Below, in pieces: positions 54,303 through 64,000 of a DNA stretch of 64,000 bases. The notes under the pieces are model-generated. The model worked only from the letters and a program-made list of their open reading frames with translations. It was not told the DNA's origin and did no database searches. Every line of letters begins with the position of its first letter. Position 1 is the first letter of the stretch. Location of the stretch: positions 1 through 64,000 of IMG/VR virus record IMGVR_UViG_3300031857_016023, one strand, 5' to 3'. This stretch comes from a virus. Made by a program: the position numbers and the translations under genes.

Positions 54303-55958
54303 TTAGCGCCTATTTAGTAATGCTGAATATTTTTCTACCTCAGCATCTAACATTGGTGTCATTGATTCATTTGCAGCACCAGTATTATCTTCTGGTGGGT
54401 ACTGTTGTTCCATTGCCTGTTGTTGTGCTTGTGCTTCAGGCGGCATTGTTGGTCCACCATTACCTGCATCCGACTCTTGTTTGATTTGTTCATCAATAGC
54501 TTCAATTTCTTCTTGTGTTTGTTGAAGAATATGTTTACGAACCCATTCAGCAGAGAAGTAACGACCAACATATGGATCAACAACTTGAAGTGTTTGAACA
54601 CGATTCTGTAAAAGCTCTGCATCACGCAGTTCAGTAAAGTTATTATCTTTTACATAATCATAATAGATTTGTTCTTTAAAATTTTGCCATTCTTCTCTAG
54701 TACAAATACCTTTAAGAACTAATTGTTTCTCTAAAGCGTGGTCAAAAATTTGTGAGAATTTATTGCGTAGACGAATGATGAATTTAAGAAACTTAACCTC
54801 ATCACGGGTAACCTCAGTTGTACGACCAAGACCAATCATACCACCTTGTTGTGGTTCTAAACGACTGATAGGTACATTAAGTGATTGTAGAAGTTTTTGA
54901 CGGAAGTATTTTACATCTTCCAACTCACCAAGGTTTTGGCCTGCTGGTAATGTGGTAATCTCTGTGCCTTTACCACCTTCACGGCGTGGTAACCAAAAAT
55001 CTTCAAGCATCGAGAGATGTTTACGATCATCACGCAACTCACCAGTGTTCGCATCGTAAACCATTTTGTTACGATATTTGACCATGATCGATTGAATATA
55101 CTGTTCAGCCTTACCTCTTGGTAAATTACCTACATCAATATAAAATATACGGCGTTCTGGTGCTCGTGAGAGGCGATAGATTACAACCGCATCTTCAATC
55201 ATTCTTAACTGATTAAGTGGCTTTATCGCCTTATGAAGAAAAGAAATAACAAATGTGTTTTTGGCATCCATCAAACCAGAGTTTACATTTACAATCGCAT
55301 CTGGTGCAATACGAAGGCCAGAGTTTACTGATGCACCATAAGATTGTGTTGCAGTACCACGATCACTATAAACATAATACTCAGCAATCGATTTGATAAT
55401 GTCTGCACCAGTTTTTGGGTCACGTTCTTTTTTAACTTCACGCACTTTACGAATCTTGCGTGGGTCGATGTACCGTAGTTCTTGTATGCCTGATTTTGGA
55501 TCGTTTTCGTCTACAACCACATGGTAGTAAATACGACCATCAATATACCAACGCTTAAACAGGTCATCTGAAAGATTACCAAAGTTTAGCATACGAAGAA
55601 TGTTTTCGAATTCTTCCGTAATTTTTTTCTTAACTGCATCTGGTTGTTTCAGTTTATCTAATACGATATTGACTGTACGACCAGATTCATCGTGTGAAAT
55701 GGCTTCATTGACAATATCATCAATTGCCATTTCTAATTCTGGATGATTTGCCATTTCACGGTACCGAGTAATGAGTTCTAATTCATTACGAATAGAACCT
55801 TCTAGGTCAACATATGTACCGTAATAGGCATTTTGTGTGATTGTAACTGCACCATCATCGAGTGCAGGAGTTGGAAGTGCAAAAGAGGGTTGCTCAGGTG
55901 ATTGAACCTGAACAACATCTTTTTTGCCTAGGGTGAAGCCGAAGAGCTTAATAGCCAT
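54303..55958 (-). CDS. gp20: Portal protein gp20
   Basis: WYIDGR, LRYIDP, LHKAIKPLNQLRMIEDA.VIYR..RAPERR.FYIDVGN, EDFWLPRREG. Confidence 0.97.
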   Translation of the reverse strand: MAIKLFGFTLGKKDVVQVQSPEQPSFALPTPALDDGAVTITQNAYYGTYVDLEGSIRNELELITRYREMANHPELEMAIDDIVNEAISHDESGRTVNIVLDKLKQPDAVKKKITEEFENILRMLNFGNLSDDLFKRWYIDGRIYYHVVVDENDPKSGIQELRYIDPRKIRKVREVKKERDPKTGADIIKSIAEYYVYSDRGTATQSYGASVNSGLRIAPDAIVNVNSGLMDAKNTFVISFLHKAIKPLNQLRMIEDAVVIYRLSRAPERRIFYIDVGNLPRGKAEQYIQSIMVKYRNKMVYDANTGELRDDRKHLSMLEDFWLPRREGGKGTEITTLPAGQNLGELEDVKYFRQKLLQSLNVPISRLEPQQGGMIGLGRTTEVTRDEVKFLKFIIRLRNKFSQIFDHALEKQLVLKGICTREEWQNFKEQIYYDYVKDNNFTELRDAELLQNRVQTLQVVDPYVGRYFSAEWVRKHILQQTQEEIEAIDEQIKQESDAGNGGPTMPPEAQAQQQAMEQQYPPEDNTGAANESMTPMLDAEVEKYSALLNRR

Positions 55959-55975
55959 TAATATATCATCCTATA

Positions 55976-56004
55976 AAAGTGAAGAAAGGCCGAAGCCTTT
56001 CTTC
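55976..56004 (-). terminator. C(UUCG)G tetraloop hairpin / terminator after gp19
   Basis: GAAGAAAGGC-TTCG-GCCTTTCTTC followed by ACTTTT. Confidence 0.8.
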
Positions 56005-56550
56005 TTACACTACACCGTCTGCTACTGATTCCCACCATTGATAGGTGAGAGTAACTGAAAACTCCTCAATTGTATCATTTGAACCCCAATCAACATCAAT
56101 TGGAGTAACATCGCTTGGAAAGAGTCCAACAAACTTGTATTTCTTTAGAGTGTTGCCTGTTTTACCAAACTGCGTAACATCACCATCAACAGTATAACCA
56201 AGTGGTGAAAGTGCAGCTGGGGTGCGAACATTAAGATTGTGTGAATTGATGCCGTTCATCCAACGCTCAAATGCGTTACGAATAACGAAATCTTCATCAT
56301 TGATAACCGTAATTGTCCAGTCAGCAAATGTTCTGTTACCTACAAATTTGAGTTCACGACCAAAGTATTGAACAGGCACAACACCTAGCGTAGCGCCAGG
56401 TAATTGTGCTGTCTTACACATGAATGTTAATTTTGTTTGTGCGTTACCTGGTGCAGAGAAACCAGGGAACGGCATAGAAACTTCAAACAGATTAGGACGA
56501 GCACCGTCTCCAATCATTTGACTTCTAAATTCGTTTACATTAAATGCCAT
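56005..56550 (-). CDS. gp19: Tail tube protein gp19
   Basis: GARPNLFEV, CKTAQLPG, GR.LK..G.RTF.DWT.TVIND, IEEF.VT..YQWW. Confidence 0.95.
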   Translation of the reverse strand: MAFNVNEFRSQMIGDGARPNLFEVSMPFPGFSAPGNAQTKLTFMCKTAQLPGATLGVVPVQYFGRELKFVGNRTFADWTITVINDEDFVIRNAFERWMNGINSHNLNVRTPAALSPLGYTVDGDVTQFGKTGNTLKKYKFVGLFPSDVTPIDVDWGSNDTIEEFSVTLTYQWWESVADGVV

Positions 56551-56573
56551 TTAATTTTCTCCCGTTTCTCTAT

Positions 56574-58250
56574 TTAGAACTGTCCTACAACCTCATCAAA
56601 CGAAACACCTGTGCGAACGGCCACAAAGTTAAGTTGAATGAAGTTGATCGAACGAGCAGGTTTAATATAAATGTCACCAACAAATTCGTTCCGGTCAATA
56701 ACTTCACCGGTATTATTTGTTTCATCGCAAACAACACGGAAGTCTGTGATACCACGGCGACCTTGTACATCACGCAAGAATGGTTCTACGAGCGCTACAA
56801 ACTGAGCACGGGTAAATTGATCATTAAATTCGAATAGAGAGAAGCGGGCTGCACGAGCAATTGCTTTCTCCAGAACAATGAATAGTCGGCGAACATTAAT
56901 GCGGTCAAACGCAGATGGTTTACTTAACATTGTTTTATCGCCAAACAGAACCGTACCTTCACCTTGGAAAGAAACAATTGGATTAATTCCTTTTACATAT
57001 AAGTCATCACGGTTTGTTTTGGTTGGATTGTAGGCCAACTTAATAACATTTTTTAAAATACCACGATTTAGTCCACCAGGTGAGAACCAAGGATCACGTT
57101 CTAAATCTGTACGAGCACAAAGACCAGCAACATCACCATTGCATGGTACCCAACGATACACATCATTGTATTTGTCGTATTGATATTTCCAGTTGCCATC
57201 TAATACTGCATATGAAGATGAAGTAAGAGTATTGCGATAAGCAACTGTATCGGTAACTTCATCACCAGGATTGTTTACACAATCTGCTTTTTCTGGTGAT
57301 AAGAAAACTAAACAATCTTTACGTGATATTGCCATTGAAATCAATGAGTCAGCCAAAGTTTGTTCTGCTGGTCCAGAAATAACTAATGAAATATCTACTG
57401 ATTCAGCAGAATCAAAAGAATCGTAAGCGGTAACTACGTTAGCAGTACCAATTGTGCCATCAACACCACCAGTTAAAGAAACTGTTACATTTGAAGATAG
57501 ATTAGCAAATGCTTTAGCTGAAACCGTTGTTCCCCAATTTGTAGCACCATTTGCTATTGCATGGTCCATCCAGTAAACATATTTTGATTGTGCAGAAATT
57601 ACATTTCTATAATAACTAGAATTACCAGAATCATCTTTTGCATCTGAACCTTTGGATACAAATGCATATTTTTCTAATACAGTACCTTGAGTGCCACTTA
57701 TTAGTCCATCTTCATCAATAACAATTACATGTAATTCATCAAAAGAACCACCTTGTTTTACAGCATAGGCTGAATTAGCTGGTGCTGAAGTAAATTGTGA
57801 AGCATATGTCCAAGTGCTGTAAGTAGCAGCATCGGCCATGGAAACTTTAAGTGAGTTACCTATAGAACCAGCATATCTTGCAGCAAATACACCATAGGCG
57901 TTTGAGGAACCTCCTGCATAGGTATTTTCCCAAGAATCTTCATTTTTAATTAGAATAGCTGTACCACTTGTAGCGTTTTTGCTAGTACCTTCATTTATAG
58001 CTCGAACAACTTTTAAGTTATTTGAATATGCCAAAAAATTTGCAGCAGAGAACCAGTATTCATAATTTGTAGAGTCAGGTTTGCCAAATGTATCAACAAG
58101 ACGGACCTCATCGGAAATAGTGATGATTTCACCAGCTGGACCCCAAGCAAATGGACCGGCAAATGCTCCAATCGAAGTGGAGACTGATGGGACAATTGTA
58201 GTCAGATCGATTTCTGATACATTCACCCCAGCGGATAATTGAAATGCCAT
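56574..58250 (-). CDS. gp18: Tail sheath protein gp18
   Basis: AGVNVSEIDLT, F.WGP, PWFSPGG.NRG, LFGDKT, FDRINVRRLF, FEFND, IKPARSINFI. Confidence 0.96.
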   Translation of the reverse strand: MAFQLSAGVNVSEIDLTTIVPSVSTSIGAFAGPFAWGPAGEIITISDEVRLVDTFGKPDSTNYEYWFSAANFLAYSNNLKVVRAINEGTSKNATSGTAILIKNEDSWENTYAGGSSNAYGVFAARYAGSIGNSLKVSMADAATYSTWTYASQFTSAPANSAYAVKQGGSFDELHVIVIDEDGLISGTQGTVLEKYAFVSKGSDAKDDSGNSSYYRNVISAQSKYVYWMDHAIANGATNWGTTVSAKAFANLSSNVTVSLTGGVDGTIGTANVVTAYDSFDSAESVDISLVISGPAEQTLADSLISMAISRKDCLVFLSPEKADCVNNPGDEVTDTVAYRNTLTSSSYAVLDGNWKYQYDKYNDVYRWVPCNGDVAGLCARTDLERDPWFSPGGLNRGILKNVIKLAYNPTKTNRDDLYVKGINPIVSFQGEGTVLFGDKTMLSKPSAFDRINVRRLFIVLEKAIARAARFSLFEFNDQFTRAQFVALVEPFLRDVQGRRGITDFRVVCDETNNTGEVIDRNEFVGDIYIKPARSINFIQLNFVAVRTGVSFDEVVGQF

Positions 58251-58297
58251 GGATTTCTCCTTTTGTTATCGGGTCAAATTCTTTTCAATTTATAGTG

Positions 58298-58305
58298 TAT
58301 TTATG
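58298..58305 (-). promoter_or_regulatory. Late promoter variant CATAAATA upstream of gp18
   Basis: ATAAATA core in the intergenic region. Confidence 0.6.
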
Positions 58306-58308
58306 TTT

Positions 58309-59931
58309 TTACAATCTTGACGAAATATAACCTTTTTCCGACCAAACATCACCTGAATCCACAGTAACTTCTGGTTTTAAACCATCATCTATGAATCCAA
58401 CTGGTGCCATATCTTCATCACCAAGCATATCGTTTTCTTCCAAAAGTACCTTACGAATGTCAATATTCGTAGAATCTTTGAAGTATGTCTGTGCGGTAAG
58501 CCACGCAAACAGTACCAGACCCATCACTATGTCGTCATTATTACCTTCTTCAGCCGCATATGAATCCCTTACACGAACAAAAGTATTCAATTCTGCTATT
58601 GTATCAAAGTCTTGGATGAGTAACTTGTCGGACTCAATGAGGGTTTTGAGGTTAGCACAACCAATTTTCTTAACGGTTTTGGTAGTTTTAATGCCAAAAC
58701 CAGAGGACTTTCTAAATCCACCTGAGATTGTTTGACCTTTGATGTGGTGATGATCAATCTTATAAACATATTCATACTCCAAATCATAATGTAAAATATC
58801 TACCACCTGTTGACCCACATTATTCGTTTCAATCAATGCGTAGGCCTCATTGTATCTCTTGCACAGGCTATAAATCACCGTTGGAAAGAACAAAAGTGGC
58901 AACTTGTTATTTCTATATTTAGCGACCTGCCTATAGGGGGTTTCAGTTACATCTAAAACATTAATTGTATGATAGTCTAGGCCAACACCTTCTGAACAAT
59001 CTACGGTGGCAATATACATTCTGCCTTGTTGTGGTTGTTCATAAATGTCCAAGCAATCTTCTTGCCATGGCGGGTCACGAAATGCTAATGACCTTAGTTT
59101 GGCGCCAGTGATCAAAGTGGCAGAAGAACCAATAAACTCCGTTTCAAACTCTTGGCGAAATTGTTCTTCTGAGGTATTACGAATCGTTTCTTCTTTCCAC
59201 TTTGCATCACGACCTGGTACCTGTGACCAATGAATCTCAATTGGTTTATAGAGGCTACGTTTTTCTGTGGCATCCACCCACATCTTATAGAAATGATTGA
59301 GGCCACACGGTGTAGAAACTATAATAACCTTAGAGGTTTGACCAGAAGAAATAACCGGGTAAGTAGATGTGAAGAATTCATCTGCCATATTCTTAGGTAC
59401 GAAAGCAAATTCGTCTAAGAAAATTAAATTGTATGTACCGCCTCGAACACCGGCTGCAGATGTTGCGTATGCAAAAATCTTTGAACCATTTTCTAGTTCA
59501 ATGTTTCTTTTATTCCATGTGATAATACCTTGTTGTAACCACAATGGAAGATATTCGTAAGCCTTTTGAACCCGAGATAGAATCTCTTGTGCTAATTGAC
59601 CTTTGTTAGCAAGAATAGCAATATTGTATTCTTCTTGGAATAAAACACACCACAACATATAACCAACCGTTGTAGTAGTTTTACCAACCTGCCGAGGCAT
59701 TTTACAGATAGAGAAACGATTGGCATGAAAGTCACGCACCATTTCTTCTTGGAAATCCCACATATTAAAAGGAATAAGACCTGAGTCCACATTCACAATT
59801 TTTACATAGGTTTTTATGAAATAAACAGGATCAGAAGCACACTTAATAAACTCTTGTGCTTCTTCTTCGGTAAATGATATAGTAACTCCAACCCTTTTTA
59901 GGTTGGAATTTCCCAAATAACCATCGTTCAT
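58309..59931 (-). CDS. gp17: Terminase large subunit gp17
   Basis: YLGN.NLK, PRQVGKTT, LDEFAF, STPCG, F.QEFE, DCSEG, NDDIVM. Confidence 0.97.
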   Translation of the reverse strand: MNDGYLGNSNLKRVGVTISFTEEEAQEFIKCASDPVYFIKTYVKIVNVDSGLIPFNMWDFQEEMVRDFHANRFSICKMPRQVGKTTTTVGYMLWCVLFQEEYNIAILANKGQLAQEILSRVQKAYEYLPLWLQQGIITWNKRNIELENGSKIFAYATSAAGVRGGTYNLIFLDEFAFVPKNMADEFFTSTYPVISSGQTSKVIIVSTPCGLNHFYKMWVDATEKRSLYKPIEIHWSQVPGRDAKWKEETIRNTSEEQFRQEFETEFIGSSATLITGAKLRSLAFRDPPWQEDCLDIYEQPQQGRMYIATVDCSEGVGLDYHTINVLDVTETPYRQVAKYRNNKLPLLFFPTVIYSLCKRYNEAYALIETNNVGQQVVDILHYDLEYEYVYKIDHHHIKGQTISGGFRKSSGFGIKTTKTVKKIGCANLKTLIESDKLLIQDFDTIAELNTFVRVRDSYAAEEGNNDDIVMGLVLFAWLTAQTYFKDSTNIDIRKVLLEENDMLGDEDMAPVGFIDDGLKPEVTVDSGDVWSEKGYISSRL

Positions 59932-60366
59932 TTATTTTGTGATGCTACGAAGCATCCATTGGTGTTTACTATGAGTATCAATACGACCTGCAATAAAATC
60001 AGCAAGCCCTTGTTTGTCAAATTGATCTGCTAATTTAAAAGCAACATTTAAAGTGGCAAGAACTCTTTCGTTATCAGTCATTAAACGGCGAGCCATTTCT
60101 ACACCTGCAGGTACAGAAGTTTCATCTTCAATCTCTGATAGTTCCATAAAACGAGTGAAAGAACCTGGTGCATATGTGTCTAAAGAACGAATCTGTTCGG
60201 CAATTGGATCTACCGCACCATGCAGTTCTTCATAGAGATTACCAAAGAATTCATGGTATTGTGGAAAATTAGAACCTTCCACATTCCAATGGTAGTTGTG
60301 AGCTTTAAGGTATAATGCAAAAGTATCTGCAAGAACCTTCTTCATTATTTCTTGTAAAGTTTCCAT
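59932..60366 (-). CDS. dps: Dps DNA-binding ferritin-like protein
   Basis: KAHNYHWNVEG..F..HEFF..LY..D.IAE.IR..H.K..WML. Confidence 0.93.
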   Translation of the reverse strand: METLQEIMKKVLADTFALYLKAHNYHWNVEGSNFPQYHEFFGNLYEELHGAVDPIAEQIRSLDTYAPGSFTRFMELSEIEDETSVPAGVEMARRLMTDNERVLATLNVAFKLADQFDKQGLADFIAGRIDTHSKHQWMLRSITK

Positions 60367-60370
60367 GGTT

Positions 60371-60757
60371 TTATTTATTTTCTTTCAATTGTTTAAGTAG
60401 TTCTGCCGTAGATCCAACAAATACAGCTTTATCTATGTTCAAATTTTGAGTATTGTTTGTGGTCTTTGGTTGTAAATCTTGTTTGCGTTTCTGTACCTCT
60501 AATAAATCTTTATTCATATCTGCAAGGTTTTTCAACATACCTGCTACAACCTCAAATGCTCTTGGGTGATCAGATTGTTTGGCAACAGAAATGATATGGT
60601 CTGCTGCATCATTACCTTTTTCAATTAAATCACGAAGGTTTTGTCTAGCAAACTCAGCATCATCTTCAACAGTATCTTTTACTTCTACAATTTCTGTTGT
60701 TATTGGTATTGGTTCTATCTCTAATGCTTCAGATAATTTCTCATTTAATTTTTTCAT
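60371..60757 (-). CDS. gp16: Terminase small subunit gp16
   Basis: DAEFARQNL, HPRAFEV, NNTQN..VFVGSTAELLK. Confidence 0.88.
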   Translation of the reverse strand: MKKLNEKLSEALEIEPIPITTEIVEVKDTVEDDAEFARQNLRDLIEKGNDAADHIISVAKQSDHPRAFEVVAGMLKNLADMNKDLLEVQKRKQDLQPKTTNNTQNLNIDKAVFVGSTAELLKQLKENK

Positions 60758-60790
60758 ATTAAAGTATTATTAACTATTATGTTTTAATTT

Positions 60791-63700
60791 TTAATATTCT
60801 GGAAGATCATTACCATTTTCGGGATCAACATTTGCTTTTTTGATAAACAAAACTAACGATCCACCAGGCTTTATATCAACCCATTTATCATAAGGGCTAA
60901 TATATCCTACTTGTACAGGACTACTCCTATAGGCATTAGAATTGTCAACAGTATAACCATGAATTCCGACATTCCCACCCCAGGCCCACATAGTACCATT
61001 GGTTTTCATAGCTCCAGCTGCACCGTGAGCATCAAATGTCATATGCCAATTAGTATTGGCACCAATTTGATTAGGTGAAGATCGGCTAACGCCACCCCCT
61101 TCAGAATTACCTGTGATGCCGTATAATTGACTCCCAGTCGCCCAAAGTGTTCCATCTGTTTTAACAAAAAGAAGGTTTTGGTTTAAAAGTGTAACCGATT
61201 TCCAATTAGTTTCAGTACCTAATTGTGTTGGAGATGACCTTCTTACAACTACTCCTTCATTTAATCCAAGTTTACCGTAAGCATTTCCACCCCATAACCA
61301 AAGTGTTCCATCATCTTTTAAAGCAGCTTTGCCACCATTTCCTATTCTGTCCGAAAATAATTTTTTCCAACCAGCATATGTTCCAACTTGAGTTGGACTT
61401 GATCTATTGGCTGTATCATTAAGACCTAATTGAGCAACAGCATTTTTTCCCCAAGTCCATAAAGTTCCAGTACCTTTTAAAGCCATTACACTATCAACAC
61501 TAGCTATAACATCTGTCCAAGTATTACTTGTTCCTATTTGCACAGGTGAAGAAAATGCAGCATTAAAAGCACCATCTAAACCTAATTCTCCACTTGATTG
61601 TGTGCCCCAACCCCAAAGTGTTCCATCCATCTTTAAAGCAACAGTAAAATCTAATCCTTTACTGACAGTTCTCCAACTACCACCTCCAAGGACTTGTACA
61701 GGAGAACTTATATAATTAGTTGCATTATCACCTCTTTGACCACCAGTTCCCGTTCCCCAAGACCATAAAGTGCCATCTGTTTTGATGGCTGATCCTGTTT
61801 TTATTTGGGTATAACCTGCACCTGTAGCCAATTTTTTCCAATTTGTAGCTGTTGTAAGTTGAACTGGTGAAGAAATATTTTGGCCTGGACGTCCTAGTAA
61901 AATACCATTACTGAAACCGTCACTACCAATTCCCCACAATTGTCTTTCAGGACCACCACTACCACTAGAAGCCGCCGCAGCTGCAGCATTGGCCGCAGCA
62001 AAGGCACCGTTAGCATATACACCAGCAGAAGTAGCATTGACATTTGCTGAGTTAGCAGCTGTAAATGCAGCAGTAATAGAATTGTTTTGTGTTATATTTG
62101 TAGTAGTAGCTGCATTAGCAGCAGCAAAGGCACCATTAGCATAAACTCCAGCAGAAGTAGCAATGACACTTACTGTATTGGAATTAGCAAAGGCACCGTT
62201 AGCATAAACTCCAGCAGAAGTAGCAACGGCATTTGCTGAGTTAGCAGCTGTAAAAGCAGCATTAGCATGGATAAAAGAACTGTTAGCATGAATAAAAGAA
62301 CTGTTAGCATGAATGAAAGCAGCATTAGCATGATTTCTAGCAAAACTATCAGAAGCGAATAAAGCTGCATTTGCAGCTGCAAAAGCACCATTAGCGTAAA
62401 TACCAGCAGAATTAGCAGCTATGAAAGCATTGTTAGCATGAATGAAAGCAGCATTAGCAACAGCAAAAGCACCAACACTATTAGCTGCATTAGCTAATGC
62501 AGAATGACTAATAATTACAATATTGCCATTAGAAAAATTAGCTGAAGCTCCGTTTTCATATTTGTAAATTTTACCTTCAGCTGACGTAGGAACTTTCCAA
62601 TATACAGAACCAGCAAATTTAGGGGTACTGCTATAAGATGCGCCAGTTATAGAACTTGTATTAGCAGTAGAAACATAAGCTACATTTCCTGTAAATTCAG
62701 TATTACTATCATCAAGAAGTCTAAAGTAACTAGAACTTCCACTACGATCTTGGTTAAAATTAAAATCAAAAACATATGTTTGACCTGATATAACATATAT
62801 TGTTGGGTAATTTCCTGAATATTGATCTATTTGCCAATTGGCTCCACTAGCTCCTTCAGTAATTCTAAATTTTGTAGCTGCAGGTGTTAATGATCTATAA
62901 ATTGCTGTGTTTGATGCGGTATTAGCAGCACTAAATGCAAGACCACCATCAGCTGGACTTTGTACTCTAATAGAACCAAAAATTGAATTATATGTGGTAT
63001 CACCGTAGCCAAGAGTGGTATTACCAACTAAACTGGTAGGTGCGGTCCAATATAAAATACCATTTGTATATCCAGATGTTGCATTTGAAGTAACTACTCC
63101 AGAAGATGAAACGTGTGTAACTCCTGAGAGAGCACTACCGCTTGCAAAAGGAGAAGCGGTATATAATTTAAAACCACCAAAACCAGAACCTTCTATAGCA
63201 CTAACGTCAAAAGCATATGTTTGCCCAGCAATAACATTTAATGTTGGGCTATTAGCTGTTGGACCAGCAATATCAGGAAATCTATAACGAAAAGAAATTC
63301 CGCCTTCTTGGAAAACAACAAGTCTTTGTTTTGTAGCTGAAATAAAATTTGTTCTATAAGCAATATTAGCAGTATTATTGGCAGTATTTGCTGTCAAAAA
63401 CGCTGCGTTAGCAGTATTTCTTGCAACTTGATCTGCTCCACTAGCATTGTTAGCAGCTAAAAATGCAGCATCAGCAGTATTTTGTGCATTGGTAATATTG
63501 GTATTCTGTGTAGCATTAACACCAGCTTCATTGTTAGCTGCTGCAAAAGCAGCTGTAATGCTATTATTTTGTGTAGTGTTTATACCATCAATATTATTAG
63601 CAGAAGCAAAAGATGCATTTGCTGTATTATAAGCACCATCAATATATGTTTGTAAATTTTGGTTGTTTAATGTAATTAATTGAGTTTTTAAGTTAGCATT

Positions 63701-64000
63701 AAGAGTTGCTTTTTTGAATGAAGGATCTGTAATAATAACGTCATTATTCGCACCAATTTCACCTGTATAACCTTCAAACAGTTGCCACTCTTTTGTTCCG
63801 TGATCTCGAATTAAACCAGTATGAGCATTGACACCATCGTTATAGTGTGCTGAAATACCAATATCTAATAAATCGGAAGTATAATTGCCAGCACCAAGAA
63901 GAATAACAGTATCATTAGCAACGATTGTTGTAGCACTTATAGTAAATGTATTTCCTAAAACACTTAGGTTACCTGTAATGCTAACATCACCAGTAATTGT
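60791..64000 (-). CDS. Large fibre/structural protein with Ala-Asn heptad stalks and C-terminal RCC1-like repeats (5' end outside the window)
   Basis: The frame stays open from 63397 to 64000, so the track start is artificial; AN.AF..AN heptads; repeated K.DGTLW.WG..G.LG..SSPVQ. Confidence 0.85.
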   Translation of the reverse strand, partial: TITGDVSITGNLSVLGNTFTISATTIVANDTVILLGAGNYTSDLLDIGISAHYNDGVNAHTGLIRDHGTKEWQLFEGYTGEIGANNDVIITDPSFKKATLNANLKTQLITLNNQNLQTYIDGAYNTANASFASANNIDGINTTQNNSITAAFAAANNEAGVNATQNTNITNAQNTADAAFLAANNASGADQVARNTANAAFLTANTANNTANIAYRTNFISATKQRLVVFQEGGISFRYRFPDIAGPTANSPTLNVIAGQTYAFDVSAIEGSGFGGFKLYTASPFASGSALSGVTHVSSSGVVTSNATSGYTNGILYWTAPTSLVGNTTLGYGDTTYNSIFGSIRVQSPADGGLAFSAANTASNTAIYRSLTPAATKFRITEGASGANWQIDQYSGNYPTIYVISGQTYVFDFNFNQDRSGSSSYFRLLDDSNTEFTGNVAYVSTANTSSITGASYSSTPKFAGSVYWKVPTSAEGKIYKYENGASANFSNGNIVIISHSALANAANSVGAFAVANAAFIHANNAFIAANSAGIYANGAFAAANAALFASDSFARNHANAAFIHANSSFIHANSSFIHANAAFTAANSANAVATSAGVYANGAFANSNTVSVIATSAGVYANGAFAAANAATTTNITQNNSITAAFTAANSANVNATSAGVYANGAFAAANAAAAAASSGSGGPERQLWGIGSDGFSNGILLGRPGQNISSPVQLTTATNWKKLATGAGYTQIKTGSAIKTDGTLWSWGTGTGGQRGDNATNYISSPVQVLGGGSWRTVSKGLDFTVALKMDGTLWGWGTQSSGELGLDGAFNAAFSSPVQIGTSNTWTDVIASVDSVMALKGTGTLWTWGKNAVAQLGLNDTANRSSPTQVGTYAGWKKLFSDRIGNGGKAALKDDGTLWLWGGNAYGKLGLNEGVVVRRSSPTQLGTETNWKSVTLLNQNLLFVKTDGTLWATGSQLYGITGNSEGGGVSRSSPNQIGANTNWHMTFDAHGAAGAMKTNGTMWAWGGNVGIHGYTVDNSNAYRSSPVQVGYISPYDKWVDIKPGGSLVLFIKKANVDPENGNDLPEY
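61975..62470 (-). repeat. Coding repeats in the fibre gene
   Basis: 21-nt tandem units encoding ANSSFIH/ANAAFIH (about 62260-62335) and four dispersed SAG(V/I)YANGAFA copies. Confidence 0.8.

Noticed and set aside
15806-59931. Introns, inteins or homing endonucleases in gp41, gp43, uvsW, gp17 and gp20
   Set aside because: All are continuous ORFs of ordinary length with no intein or LAGLIDADG/HNH/GIY-YIG motifs visible
60791-62470. Possible CRISPR array or diversity-generating retroelement in the repeats
   Set aside because: The repeats are in-frame coding repeats without unique spacers; no reverse transcriptase and no template/variable repeat pair differing at adenines was seen
1-64000. Stop-codon reassignment
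   Set aside because: Core genes translate full-length with the standard code and coding density is high

Overview
A 64-kb piece of an AT-rich T4-like (Tevenvirinae-type) myophage genome, with every credible gene on the minus strand. Read right to left in the direction of transcription, it contains: a truncated RCC1-repeat fibre gene; the packaging, tail and head module (gp16, Dps, gp17-gp23, gp3); uvsY/uvsW; a nucleotide-sugar cluster; gp55, gp47, gp46 and peptide deformylase; a DUF4338-like gene followed by a tRNA-Gly-like RNA; a vWA/MoxR pair; gp45, gp44, gp62, regA, hsp20, dCMP deaminase, rubrerythrin, gp43, uvsX and gp41; a second DUF4338-like gene; and a late-expressed block of proteins with T4-type capsid-targeting N-termini, interrupted by a second glycosylation cluster. 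Best candidates for novelty: (i) a 64-nt D-armless RNA carrying the GlyRS identity elements, directly behind a GNAT/Mom-like DUF4338 gene, possibly a dedicated glycyl donor for DNA modification; (ii) a set of putatively virion-packaged, protease-processed enzymes (NadR-like nucleotidyltransferase-kinase polyprotein, ligase-like protein, PD-(D/E)xK nucleases); (iii) cis RNA elements (H-type pseudoknot, ROSE-like thermometer, structured GC-rich 5' ends of gp43 and gp44); (iv) a true-looking nested out-of-frame gene. All family assignments were made by eye from motifs and synteny; no database search was run.
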